Of a stretch of 64,000 nucleotides of DNA, positions 1 through 11,578 are shown piece by piece; the stretch's first letter is position 1, and each line of letters begins with the position of its first letter. The notes beneath the pieces were generated by a model, which saw only the letters and a program-made list of their open reading frames with translations, made no database searches and was not told the origin of the DNA. Source of the stretch: Eledone cirrhosa (lineage: Eukaryota); assembly GCA_964016885.1 (NCBI GenBank), contig OZ024743.1, positions 115,568,001 to 115,632,000 on the forward strand, in the 5' to 3' direction. The translations under genes were made by a program, and so were the position numbers.

Positions 1-19
1 TGTACGTATACATACTTAC

Positions 20-22
<3 letters not shown>

Positions 23-110
<88 letters not shown>
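23..110. repeat. (TA)n(GA)n microsatellite; representative of dozens of (TA)n/(CA)n tracts in the window
   Basis: Direct reading of dinucleotide repeats. Confidence 0.97.
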
Positions 111-113
<3 letters not shown>

Positions 114-467
114 GCTTTCACCGTATTTTTGACTAAATACATTTTAGCCTGATAATGGGGTTTAGAACACTCAGATGAATGGAAAAAGATGTGTATTGAC
201 GTACATGGGAGTCGAACCCATATCTTTGGTTATCCAGACCACTGTGCTACCATTACACTAACACATCACCCATTATGGTTGCACAGTGGTCTGGATAACC
301 AAAGATGTGTGTTCGACTCCCATGTACGTCAATACTCATATTTTTCCATTTATCTGAGGGTTCTAAACCCCATTATCAGGCTAACATTTCTTTAGTAAAA
401 AATACGGTGAAAGCTAATCTATCTTCTAATTTCAAACCTGCTCACTGTTTCAAAACATACTTACTTG

Positions 468-470
<3 letters not shown>
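108..470. mobile_element. Palindromic (head-to-head) tRNA-derived SINE-like element
   Basis: 108-~252 is the reverse complement of ~276-421; the right arm extends to ~470; microsatellites flank both sides; homologous body at 60158-60404. Confidence 0.75.
197..267 (-). tRNA. tRNA-like cloverleaf forming the SINE head (probably not a functional tRNA; loop CTGGATA, anticodon position GGA)
   Basis: Minus strand GATGTGT TA GTGT AATGGTA GCAC A GTGGT CTGGATA ACCAA AGAT ATGGG TTCGACT CCCAT GTACGTC A folds into acceptor, D, anticodon and T arms; B box GGTTCGACTCC. Confidence 0.65.
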
Positions 471-522
<52 letters not shown>

Positions 523-737
523 AATAATAATAATAATAATGATAATTTTTTCTACTTTTGGCGCAAGGCCACCAATTTTTCAGTGCATTACTGGTACTTT
601 ATTTTATAGGATCTAAGCCCATAGTAAAATTGTCGAAAAAATACTGCAAGGCAGTTCGTCTAACGCTCTCGGTTTTTTTTATATTCACTTCATTATATTG
701 CCATTTATTTTATGGATTTACGAAATAATATAATTGC

Positions 738-912
738 ATCTACTTTTGGCACAAGGCCAGCAATTATGCCATTTAATTACTGGTACTTTATTTTATCGAC
801 CACGTAAGGATGAAAAGCAGAGTTAACCTCGGCGGGATTTGAACTCAGAATTGCATGGGCCGTAACTCTATGCGTCAAAGCATGGCGTCCGACTCTCTAC
901 CGATACTGCTAA
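738..912 (-). mobile_element. tRNA-derived SINE with Nin/Deu-like central domain (partial tail copy also at ~547-610)
   Basis: Minus strand has GAGTTCAAATCC B box, CTTTCATCCTTACG.GGTCGATAAAATAAAGTACCAGT core and GCTGGCCTTGTGCC tail; matches other copies in the window. Confidence 0.85.
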
Positions 913-1146
913 GAAAATAATGATAAACGATTTGATATGTCAAATCGTTTAGTGTGTAGTGACGCATGTTTGGCCATTGATAAGCTCCAGGTTTTATTTG
1001 TGTTGATTTAGCTCTAATTCGCCTCTGGAATTAAAAGCTCGTCGGACTCCTGTTGTGGAAATGACAGAATGAACTTCTTAGGACGTGGAAAAAGCATACA
1101 TTATGTTTATAGAATAGTGAACCTACAGTAACTTGACGTTACAATA

Positions 1147-1259
<113 letters not shown>

Positions 1260-1366
1260 TATATTTGCAAGAGATGTCAACTTGAAGGGGCCTGTTATTT
1301 TTATCTTAAGAAATTTTTCCAATTCCAACCCTACCATCCCCTCAATCTATTTTATTTCTCATTCTT

Positions 1367-1402
1367 CCTTCTGATGAAAGACTAGCGTCCGAAACGTTAA
1401 GA
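1367..1402 (+). ncRNA. Minimal type I hammerhead ribozyme motif in a (TA)n-flanked insertion (1260-1495)
   Basis: ctt-CTGATGA-aagac tagc gtcc-GAAA-cg-TT-aag. Confidence 0.55.
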
Positions 1403-1754
1403 CCCTCTTCCTGCTATATCAAGCGTTAACCTAATATATCCATTCCATATACTGTACCGATTTTGTTGTTATTTCTGTTTACCTTTTACGTGCATATATT
1501 TATATATATATATATATATATATAAAATAAATAAGTCAACTATGCAAAATTTGGCTTCGTTTATTATAAATTATACACAATCAGCAGCAGGCAATATAAG
1601 CACCCAGCAGAGCCATGTGGAGGGATGGAATGGCGAACCCGGTACCCACCCTGGGAACCCAAACAGACTCCCCCCCCCTACTGGACCAAGGGGCAGACCA
1701 CCCTATACTACGCAACGGGAACCCCACAATAAGCACTCAGGGATCGACCCGCTC

Positions 1755-2170
1755 CTGCAACTGCAGAAACCCCACATTATGCCCCCTTAGTAATGAATGC
1801 CTCATGAAGAAGTTGTATCCGGATGTAGAGACAAAAACCCAGTTCTGAGCACCTTTGCATAGCAGCCACATTAACGAGCTTTAAGGACAGATGGTATAAC
1901 CATCGCCATTCCTTTAATAGGGAGGGCAAAAGGAAAAGTACGGCTCTTTCTGAACTGATCTGGAAGCTCAAGCTGAACAGGACCCCGTACATTCTGGCCT
2001 GGTCCCAAATCAGGAAAGTGCCTTCTGATAGAGGGGAATCTGGCATCTGCAACCTATGTCTGAGCGAGACCCTCGAGGTACTCAGTGGTGGGAGCAGCTT
2101 AATTAGCCCCAGGGCCGACTTCTTTGGTACATGTAGATACCTCAGGGCCGGAACCTTCCTCAAGCTATAT
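1755..2170 (+). pseudogene. Frameshifted PLE Cys-rich linker + GIY-YIG endonuclease remnant
   Basis: CNCRNPTLCPLSNECL, then in another frame TSFKDRWYNHRHSF...TALSELIWKLK...ICNLCLSE, collinear with the C-terminus of the 7493-9715 ORF. Confidence 0.85.
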
Positions 2171-3487
2171 GGATAACAACCCATTCGGAGGGGAACTTCC
2201 CTCAAGCTATAGGGACACAATCCGCGTTACACCGAGCCCAAGATAAACCACCCCCTACTCACTCCCCACCTCTACTCCCGCCTAGATCGACTCCTATAGC
2301 AACACTCCTACCTAGCAGCTAAAACCATGCCTCACACTGCTGTGGCCAACCCCTCTCTCTCACTTCCTTAACCAGAACTCAAGTTAGCTGACACTAGAAT
2401 ATATAAATAGACGAAGTACGTCGGGGGAGTCCTATCCTCTCTGCAAACAGTCACCCCAAGTTTCCGCACAGCGGGCCCCAACGCTCAACCCCGGCCTGTG
2501 ACCCGAATACCCCCTTCGCACGCATGAGTCAGGGATAAATACCACAAGTTAATATGACGCACCTATTACTACCACTTACCCCTCTCCCCACATCCAGAGG
2601 TGACTTTGACCCTGTGTCCGTATGGGTGTATCCACATGTGCGAATGTATGCGTGTGTGTGTCAGTGTAGACGTAATATGGGAATGCAACTGGGCCTGTGT
2701 TTGTGCGTGTATGCTTGCAACGGTGTGCGTTGACAAACAAATAAGCATATGTACTTTATGCTGAAATAGGAATTGTAGTCCTTTACACTTCTGGATTTTG
2801 ACACAGATTCTTTGGTATTTTTTACTCCACTTTTACCTCATTTGTTTTTAAAACGCACCCATCTTTTGGTAGACTGTGTGGACGTAAATAGGTGAATGCA
2901 CCGAGCCTGTGTTTATACGTATGCACGGCCAACCACACGTACGTAATCTATACTAGAATAAGAATTGTAATCCTTTACACTTCTCGATTGTGACACAGGT
3001 TTTTTTTATTTCAGTTTATATTTTTCAAAATTGTTGATATTGGTTGTAGCACAAACGCATTCTTTATTTGTTTGGCAACCCCATCATCTGAAATGGTGGC
3101 AGGATAGATGCCAGTCTACACACGTAAATTCTTCAGACCATAGCAGCAGCGTACTAAAGTTGACCTGCTAGTTGACCTCTTAACACCACTACCACAACCA
3201 ACACAGTGAAGAAGGTCAGCTGTACTTAAACATTCTGACAAAAACAACTATATCAGGCTGACCTCCCTCTGAAGAATTTCTATAGACTTTACACTTAGGA
3301 GTGGTTTCACAACTGACCAATGGGACACGATCGTGTCCTATGACGCTGAAATGTGTTTGTTCTAGCACATATGAGTCCATTTCCTCGGAGGATTAACAAT
3401 ACACCCTGGAGCTTGACATATCGATGTACTGACAGAGTGAAACACACTTCAACAACATGTGTACCTGTCTTTTCCACATCATTTCTG

Positions 3488-3542
3488 ACTGCCTGAAGAG
3501 GTCACAGCAAATAATAGCTGTCACCGAAATATATATAGCAGT
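3488..3542 (+). ncRNA. Type I hammerhead ribozyme (PLE 3' region)
   Basis: Stem I actgc/gcagt, CTGAAGA, stem II ggt-acagc/gctgt-acc, GAAA, palindromic stem III ATATATAT, UA cleavage site. Confidence 0.85.
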
Positions 3543-3552
3543 AAACTTATAA

Positions 3553-4008
3553 TCTATATATCTAAAACAGAGAATGTATGTGTGTATGTCTGTCTGCCAG
3601 CTCCCTAAATCTCGAGAACCACCCAACCGATTGTTTTCAAGCTTTACACGTGTAATACCTATGGTCCTGTGAGTGTTTTAACCGAAAAGAATTTCAAATT
3701 TTCAATGCATTAGGCGATTTAGCGATCTTTCTATAATTCTTAGTCTTTCTTTTTTGATAGATACATAAATATAACGTTGCGCCCTTATAATATATGTCTG
3801 TATGTCTGGCTGTCTGCATTACGAGATTATGACGCTGTGTTTGTATGTGTGCATATATGTATATATAGTGTGTGTATATATATATATATATAGTGTGTAA
3901 CGTTTTTCGAAATATAGACTTCTGCGTTCACAGATTGATTTTTTAGTTTCAGAAGATCCCGTTAAGGTTGAAAACAATGATTATTTGCTTAAACTTTAAT
4001 CTGTTATA

Positions 4009-4044
<36 letters not shown>

Positions 4045-4190
4045 TATATTCGTGTACAGATATTTTAGCATACACAATAAGAAAATATAAACAAACTTAT
4101 TTATTTCACGAGGCTGGATAAGGATACATATATATCAAATATGTAAGAATCCTAGAGCAAATGACGAGCAACGCAGGGCCATTCTGTTAG
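3553..4190 (+). mobile_element. Non-autonomous Helitron inserted in the PLE tail
   Basis: 5' TC, 3' GC-rich segment + TTAG, inserted between A and T with no TSD (empty site preserved in the inverted copy at ~1560-1574); homologous to 42845-43707. Confidence 0.8.
3945..3995 (+). ncRNA. Hammerhead-like motif with variant core CAGAAGA (degenerate copy)
   Basis: agttt-CAGAAGA-tccc..-GAAA..-TT-aaact; same family as 34943-34993. Confidence 0.4.
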
Positions 4191-4332
4191 TTTATAATAA
4201 ACGAAGCCAAATTTTACCTATTTGACTTATTTATTTTACATTACTCCAGAGTAAACAAACCTACCTGCGTACTTCGTCGAGTGCTCCAATACGCATACTG
4301 ACCGGTTGGTAAACAACCAACATATACTCAAC

Positions 4333-5316
<984 letters not shown>

Positions 5317-5878
5317 GAGAGAGAGAGAGTGAGAGAGAGAGACATCTATATAAAGATAGAGATAGGGTGAATTGTCAAAACGAAGAGTGACGAAGTGGAA
5401 GAAATATTGAGACAGAATCATTGAGAGATGAATTCGTCATACTACTTGAATGCTACTTGATCTATTGACCTTTAAATGAGATTAGACAAGATTGACTTCG
5501 GTAATATTTGAACTCGATTAAAGCAACATTTTCTGCATGACATTTCATTAGAGACTTAATTCTCCTAAAATGTAGGCATAATTTAACTACATTTAATACG
5601 TCCAATGAAACATACCACTTGGAATTATTGGGGTATAGGGTAAACAATCTGTTGGTTTAAGTCAATTAAGTGATATATGGATTTACGTCTAATTCCATGA
5701 ACTAGAGTCTTACTTAAATGAGAATCTTTATCTAGCCCAGCCTTTGCATTACATTTTCAAAGACTAATAAAGGCGTTTCGAAATTTTGTTTGGTCCCATG
5801 AAGATATAATTCATTTTATTATTTAATTCATGTCTGGCCTTGTGCCTAGATAAGAAACCATTATTTAATTCATGTGAA

Positions 5879-6031
5879 AGCGGTGGATTGGCAGTATCTG
5901 TAGAAGGTCGGACACCATGATTTGCAGCATAAAGTTACACCCCTTTATGGTCTGAGTTCAAATCCTGCCGAGGTTAGCTTTCCCTCTCATCCTTACGGGG
6001 TCGATAAAATAGAGCACCAGTAATGCACTAG
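5879..6031 (+). mobile_element. tRNA-derived Nin/Deu-domain SINE; preceded by a tail-only copy (5834-5860) with TSD ttatttaattcatgt
   Basis: GCGGTGGATTGGCAG head, GAGTTCAAATCC B box, TCATCCTTACGGGGTCGATAAAAT core. Confidence 0.85.
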
Positions 6032-6455
6032 GATTTTATGTGACATTCGTACAATAATTTGGATTAATTTACACTGGGGATTACATTTTGTATCGGTTCG
6101 TTCAATTTGCGAACTGCAGAAACATATTGAGCTTAGAATCATATATATATGCTAGACTCCCCATGAGCTAAATGAGTAATATATATAGAGAGAGGCTTAT
6201 GATATATAGAAAGGGAGAGGGTTATTGATTTTCATAGAACTGTTGGGTATTTATGAAGGTACCCGAAAAAACCCTATATTAAATTACAGACAATCACAAA
6301 ATCACAGAGTTCTAGTAGTAGTAGTAGTAGTAGTATATATATAGTATAGTATGTATATATATATATGTGTGTGTCCCAATACATATATATATGTCCCAAG
6401 GCTCTGATGCCATCAACACCATAAACACAGAGCTGGCATATCTAAGAACTGACGA

Positions 6456-6511
6456 ACTCCCTGATGAGGTCATAGCCATTCAATGGCTTTCATCGAAATA
6501 TATATAGCAGT
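6456..6511 (+). ncRNA. Type I hammerhead ribozyme in a short (TA)n-flanked PLE-tail element (6392-6558)
   Basis: actcc-CTGATGA-ggtcatagcca ttcaa tggctttcatc-GAAA-tatata-TA-gcagt; near-identical copy at 45506-45561 (-). Confidence 0.75.
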
Positions 6512-6552
6512 AAATGAAGGATTATGAGTTTATGGAATTAACTTATGTTTCC

Positions 6553-6595
<43 letters not shown>

Positions 6596-6608
6596 AGAGA
6601 GAGAGAAA

Positions 6609-6727
6609 TTATTTCTATACCACTAGAGCTGTTTTATTCGTATGAATTCATCAGAAATTTCCTCTCCTTCGTATACCTTTTGATGATTTCATGCGAATGA
6701 AACAATTCTAGCCCCGTAGAAGTAATG
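6609..6727. mobile_element. Small palindrome of two head-to-head degenerate hammerhead motifs
   Basis: Plus TTGATGA-tttcatgcgaat-GAAA...TA-gaag; minus CTGATGA-attcatacgaat-AAAA...TA-gaaa; related to 35292-35338. Confidence 0.55.
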
Positions 6728-6888
6728 TTTATACATCATAAAGTTGACCATAATCTACTATCGTATTGAGTAATTTTTTAACTATAGTTATCCCTTACCC
6801 AGCTGACAAAAGTCTGTAACCTATATATACCTATATATATATATATATAATATATAAGAACAAAAGATGGTTAAAGGAGTTCCACGCA

Positions 6889-6955
6889 TTTTATTATGCG
6901 CATTTCAAAAACAAACATCATCATGCAATATTATTTGTGTTTTCATCAGATAAAA
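6889..6955 (-). ncRNA. Type I hammerhead ribozyme (inverted pLTR copy, intact core)
   Basis: ttttat-CTGATGA-stem II-GAAA-tgcgca-TA-ataaaa on the minus strand. Confidence 0.85.
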
Positions 6956-7492
6956 CAGGAGGACATGATATGAAGGCTAAAAACACTTGTGGATAGTGCA
7001 GTTTTAAATCAACATATGAGAAGTAGTTTTAGATTGATGTGTGATATTGGGAAAAATATTTTATTTAGATGGGGGGGGGGAGGATGAAAAAAAGAGGAGG
7101 AGATGAGAGTGAAGGTGGAGAGGGAGGAATATAAAGAGGAAGAGAGATGGGTGATAGAGAGAGAGAGATAGTTTTTATAACTGAGAAAGATATATTGTTT
7201 TACATAGAGAGGTTGAAAACCGTTGGAAGATAATGTATAAATTAAAAGAATTTGAAAATTAACGAAGGGAAAAATATGTACGAAGAAGGAGAATAAAGAG
7301 TTTGATGATAGAGAGAAGAGAATAATGAATTGCGGATGAATATTCTAACGTCAAAAAAAGTGTGTATGTTTACAAGTATTATGGAAATTTGAAAATTAAC
7401 GAAGAGAAAAAATGTAAAGTTAAGGTTTGTATATTGAAGGATTTGAGAAAAATAATGTGAAGTTGAGGTTTGTATATTGAAGGAATTGATAT

Positions 7493-9715
7493 GTGCGAAG
7501 AAAAAGTTTTAGAAGAAATCCTCCTTCCAACAAAAATCTAGTGCAATTCGAGGAAGAGTTAACTAAAATAATAAAAAACCTTAAATTCAAGAGATACCCT
7601 TACATAGGACAAGAGCACCTTGTAAATCTCAAGAACACAATTTCTAACCTAAATTCCTCAAAAAATGTTTTAGTCCACTCTGACAAAACCAATAACTTAT
7701 ATGGTATTTCGAAGGATAATTATAACAACCTTATCCTAAAGGAACTTAGGAAAACATATCGTAAAACCAACCATGAAAATTTAGAATACATAAACCTTGA
7801 AGCCTCTGAGATTATGTCAAAACTTAGCATTGAAAAAAAGACCGAACCATTCCTCCCAAGAACTCCGAGGATAAATCTCAAGGATCACAAAAACAATTTT
7901 CGCACTGAACTACCTGTTAGATTAATCGCCCCCTCTAAATCTGATCTGGGGGTTGTTAGTAAAGCCATCTTGGATAGAATTATCCCACAGGTTCGTTCTA
8001 ATTGCTCTTCTTTGAACCTAAATTTATGGTTTGGTACTTCTGAAGTGATTGGCTGGTTCAACAAATTGGATAATAAAAACAAACTAAAATTTATTCAATT
8101 TGATATTGCCAGCTACTATTCCTCCATTTCGCCTTCACTTCTCAATAATGCTCTATCTTTCGCACTTACATATTCTGACATCACCACAGATGAACTTCAC
8201 ATCATTCTCACCGCACGTAAAACCATCCTAGAGTTCAACAACGAATATTGGACCAGAGCCGATACCTCTAACAACTTCGACATCACAATGGGAGCATCCG
8301 ATTCATCCCAATTGACTGATTTAATTGGTATCTTTATTTTGAACTCTTTGAGTCGGAAAATTCCTCAACTTCACGGTGGAATTTATCGTGACGATGGACT
8401 CTTTACTATCTTAAATTGCAATATAGTTAACCTTAATATGATTAAGAACAATATACGTAATCTCTTTAACCAACATAAACTAAAAGTTGAATTTGATAAC
8501 AGTATCAAACTAGCTAATTTCTTGGATGTATCTCTTAATCTTGACACTGGCCTGTATTACCATTACCATAAAAAAAATGAGAACCTAAATTATGTTAACT
8601 TTAAATCTAACCATCCTACTAATATCAAAAATGCTATAGTTAGTAATATTGGAAAAAGATTATCTAACCTATCTTCTAATAAAAACATCTTTGATGCTAA
8701 CCCCAATTACTATAATAACGCACTTTCTAAAGCCGGCTATCCTGATAAAATCAAATATAATAAAGAAACAAATTCTAGAAGAACTTACAGTAGAATAATT
8801 AATCATGATCATTCCAATAACTTTAATAAAAGACCTAGATACAAAAACATAATCTGGTATAATGCTCCTTTCTCCATCTCTAATAATAACAATATTCCTA
8901 AATTATTCTTTAGTGCCTTAAATAAATGCTTCCCTCCCTCACATATCTATAGTAAAATATTTAACAAACACACCATAAAATTTTCTTATTCTACATCCTC
9001 CAATATTTCCAACATTATCTCTAAACACAACTATAAAATACTAAATACTAAACCTCTTCCTTCCAACACTGAATTTCATAATAATAGTAATAGTACTCCC
9101 GACGTCATTATAAACCCTAGGCTAATTTCTGCAAACCCAAATACAACGTCAAACACAACTTCGCTAAATGTTCATAATCCAACTCTAAATCAAGAAACTA
9201 TTATTCCTATCGCAAACAACTTCTCCAATCCAATTCCTTCTATAGATAACACTAGGTCACTCATTAATAATCTCTCTAATTGCAATTGCAACTGCCCTAT
9301 TAAAAATAAATGTCCTCTCAACAACCATTGTCTTGATAAAAACTTAATTTATGAATGTAAAGTTATAACTAACACCAATTCCTTCACCTATTTTGGCTCC
9401 ACTTCCACCTCTTTTAAAGCTCGTCTCTATAATCATCATTCATCTTTTAAATACAAACTTAAAAGAACCAACACGGCTCTCTCAGAACTCATATGGTCCT
9501 TGAAAGACAAAAACATTAAATATACCATCTTTTGGAAGAAGGTTTCTTCTGCGTCTCCATACTTGAACAGCTCTCTATCTAAAATCTGCAATCTCTGCCT
9601 AAATGAAAAATTTACCATTATCTCTAATCTAGATTCTATAATAAATAGACGAACTGACTTGTTTTCTATCTGCTTGCATAAATTCCATAAAACATTTCAC
9701 AAAGTATACAGCTAA
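7493..9715 (+). CDS. PLE reverse transcriptase + GIY-YIG endonuclease (5'-truncated; first few codons come from the inverted arm)
   Basis: DKTNNLY, PVRLI, FDIASYYSSI, ITMGASDS, YRDDGL, NFLDV, HPTNIK, CNC-x5-CPL-x3-C, IYEC...YFGST.TSFKARLYNH, CNLCLNEK. Confidence 0.93.
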   Translation: MRRKSFRRNPPSNKNLVQFEEELTKIIKNLKFKRYPYIGQEHLVNLKNTISNLNSSKNVLVHSDKTNNLYGISKDNYNNLILKELRKTYRKTNHENLEYINLEASEIMSKLSIEKKTEPFLPRTPRINLKDHKNNFRTELPVRLIAPSKSDLGVVSKAILDRIIPQVRSNCSSLNLNLWFGTSEVIGWFNKLDNKNKLKFIQFDIASYYSSISPSLLNNALSFALTYSDITTDELHIILTARKTILEFNNEYWTRADTSNNFDITMGASDSSQLTDLIGIFILNSLSRKIPQLHGGIYRDDGLFTILNCNIVNLNMIKNNIRNLFNQHKLKVEFDNSIKLANFLDVSLNLDTGLYYHYHKKNENLNYVNFKSNHPTNIKNAIVSNIGKRLSNLSSNKNIFDANPNYYNNALSKAGYPDKIKYNKETNSRRTYSRIINHDHSNNFNKRPRYKNIIWYNAPFSISNNNNIPKLFFSALNKCFPPSHIYSKIFNKHTIKFSYSTSSNISNIISKHNYKILNTKPLPSNTEFHNNSNSTPDVIINPRLISANPNTTSNTTSLNVHNPTLNQETIIPIANNFSNPIPSIDNTRSLINNLSNCNCNCPIKNKCPLNNHCLDKNLIYECKVITNTNSFTYFGSTSTSFKARLYNHHSSFKYKLKRTNTALSELIWSLKDKNIKYTIFWKKVSSASPYLNSSLSKICNLCLNEKFTIISNLDSIINRRTDLFSICLHKFHKTFHKVYS

Positions 9716-10537
9716 TATTCAATTCTTTATCAATTTAGAATCTTTTTCTCAAAGGCACATATACATACACCTCTTTTAAAATATACCCATCTTCCTACCT
9801 TATTTCAAAGGGTATTATACACTCTATAATACTTGTTTACTCATTACCCTTACTCTATTTTCACTTTGTAAAATCCTTCGAAATCATATACATTTGTTTT
9901 GACGCCAGATTATTCATCCTTAATTCATTATTTTTTTTTTCTCCCTATCATCTAACTCATTCTCAATACATATTAACTTTTTCTTCGCACATATTATCAA
10001 TTCCTTCAATATACAAACCTCAACTTCACATTATTTTTCTCAAATCCTTCAATATACAAACCTTAACTTTACATTTTTTCTCTTCGTTAATTTTCAAATT
10101 TCTATAATACTTGTAAACATACACACTTTTTTTGACGTTAGAATATTCATCCGCAATTCATTATTCTCTTCTCTCTATCATCAAACTCTTTATTCTCCTT
10201 CTTCGTACATATTTTTCCCTTCGTTAATTTTCAAATTCTTTTAATTTATACATTATCTTCCAACGGTTTTCAACCTCTCTATGTAAAACAATATATCTTT
10301 CACAGTTATAAAAACTATCTCTCTCTCTCTTTATCACCTATCTCTCTTCCTCTTTATATTCCTCCCTCTCCACCTTCACTCTCATCTCCTCCTCTTTTCT
10401 TTCATCCTTTCCACCACCCCCCTCTAAATAAGATATTTTTTCCAATATCACACATCAATCTAAAACTACTTCTCATATGTTGATTTAAAACTGCACTATC
10501 CACAAACGTTTTTTAGCCTTCATATCATGTCCTCCTG

Positions 10538-10604
10538 TTTTATCTGATAAAAACACAAATATTATTGCATGATGATGTTTGTTTTTGAAATGCGCATAAT
10601 AAAA
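10538..10604 (+). ncRNA. Type I hammerhead ribozyme in the PLE 3' region with mutated core CTGATAA
   Basis: ttttat-CTGATAA-...-GAAA-tgcgca-TA-ataaaa. Confidence 0.7.
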
Positions 10605-10732
10605 TACATGGAACTCCTTTAACCATCTTTTGTTCTTATATATTATGTATACTCCAGTCCTACAAACTGTCGAGTGCTTCCTATCCGATATCTGCATTGC
10701 TTTATTGTACTACAATAAAACTCACCTCCTAC

Positions 10733-10832
<100 letters not shown>

Positions 10833-10838
10833 TATATA

Positions 10839-11078
10839 ACGAAGGAATTGTGGTAAGGAACCAGATGGACCATAAAGCACCAGAGTACTCGATACTTAGC
10901 GTAGTAGAATGGGTAATAGAAAAAAGTTTTACCCCGACGACAGAGCTCAAGCCGTTTCGACGGCTATTTCTGGACTAAATTCTGGACTGAATTCTGGACT
11001 ATATTCTGGACTGAATGTAGTCCATAAACAGCCGTCGAAACGGCTTCAGCTCTGCCGTCGGGGTCATACTTTTTCCTA
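10839..11078. mobile_element. Palindromic element centred on a hammerhead 3' half (GAAA-cggct..gccg-TC)
   Basis: Arms ~10918-10978 and ~11017-11078; centre has 12-bp ttctggactnna x4; same family as 60509-60724. Confidence 0.7.
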
Positions 11079-11341
11079 TATATATACTTATGCGCAGATA
11101 CATATCGTCCGATATGTAAGTATGCCTCCATATGCATTCGTTTCATATGTGTCAATATATGTGTACATAATAGGTGTTTACGCATGTGATGCTTCATTGC
11201 GTATAAATGACAACATTTTTGTTGGAGATACAAACTATTGCTTTAGTCTCGAAATTTGCTTGAAAGTATATTTGATCTATGAAGGGTATATATATAATAG
11301 TAATGTGGGGGAGGAGAAATAAGTCGAGGTGACGAAAGCAC

Positions 11342-11578
<237 letters not shown>

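Noticed and set aside
197-267. Functional tRNA-Ser(GGA) gene
   Set aside because: Short variable arm, U at position 37, several G-U pairs, and embedded in a repeat family; more likely a SINE head.
7493-7510. Native start codons for PLE ORFs (7493, 53205, 53487)
   Set aside because: 7493 and 53205 lie in the inverted arm at the junction and 53487 is internal to the ORF; the elements are 5'-truncated.
10968-11015. CRISPR-like short repeats (also 40903-40963)
   Set aside because: Contiguous tandem units without spacers in a eukaryotic context.
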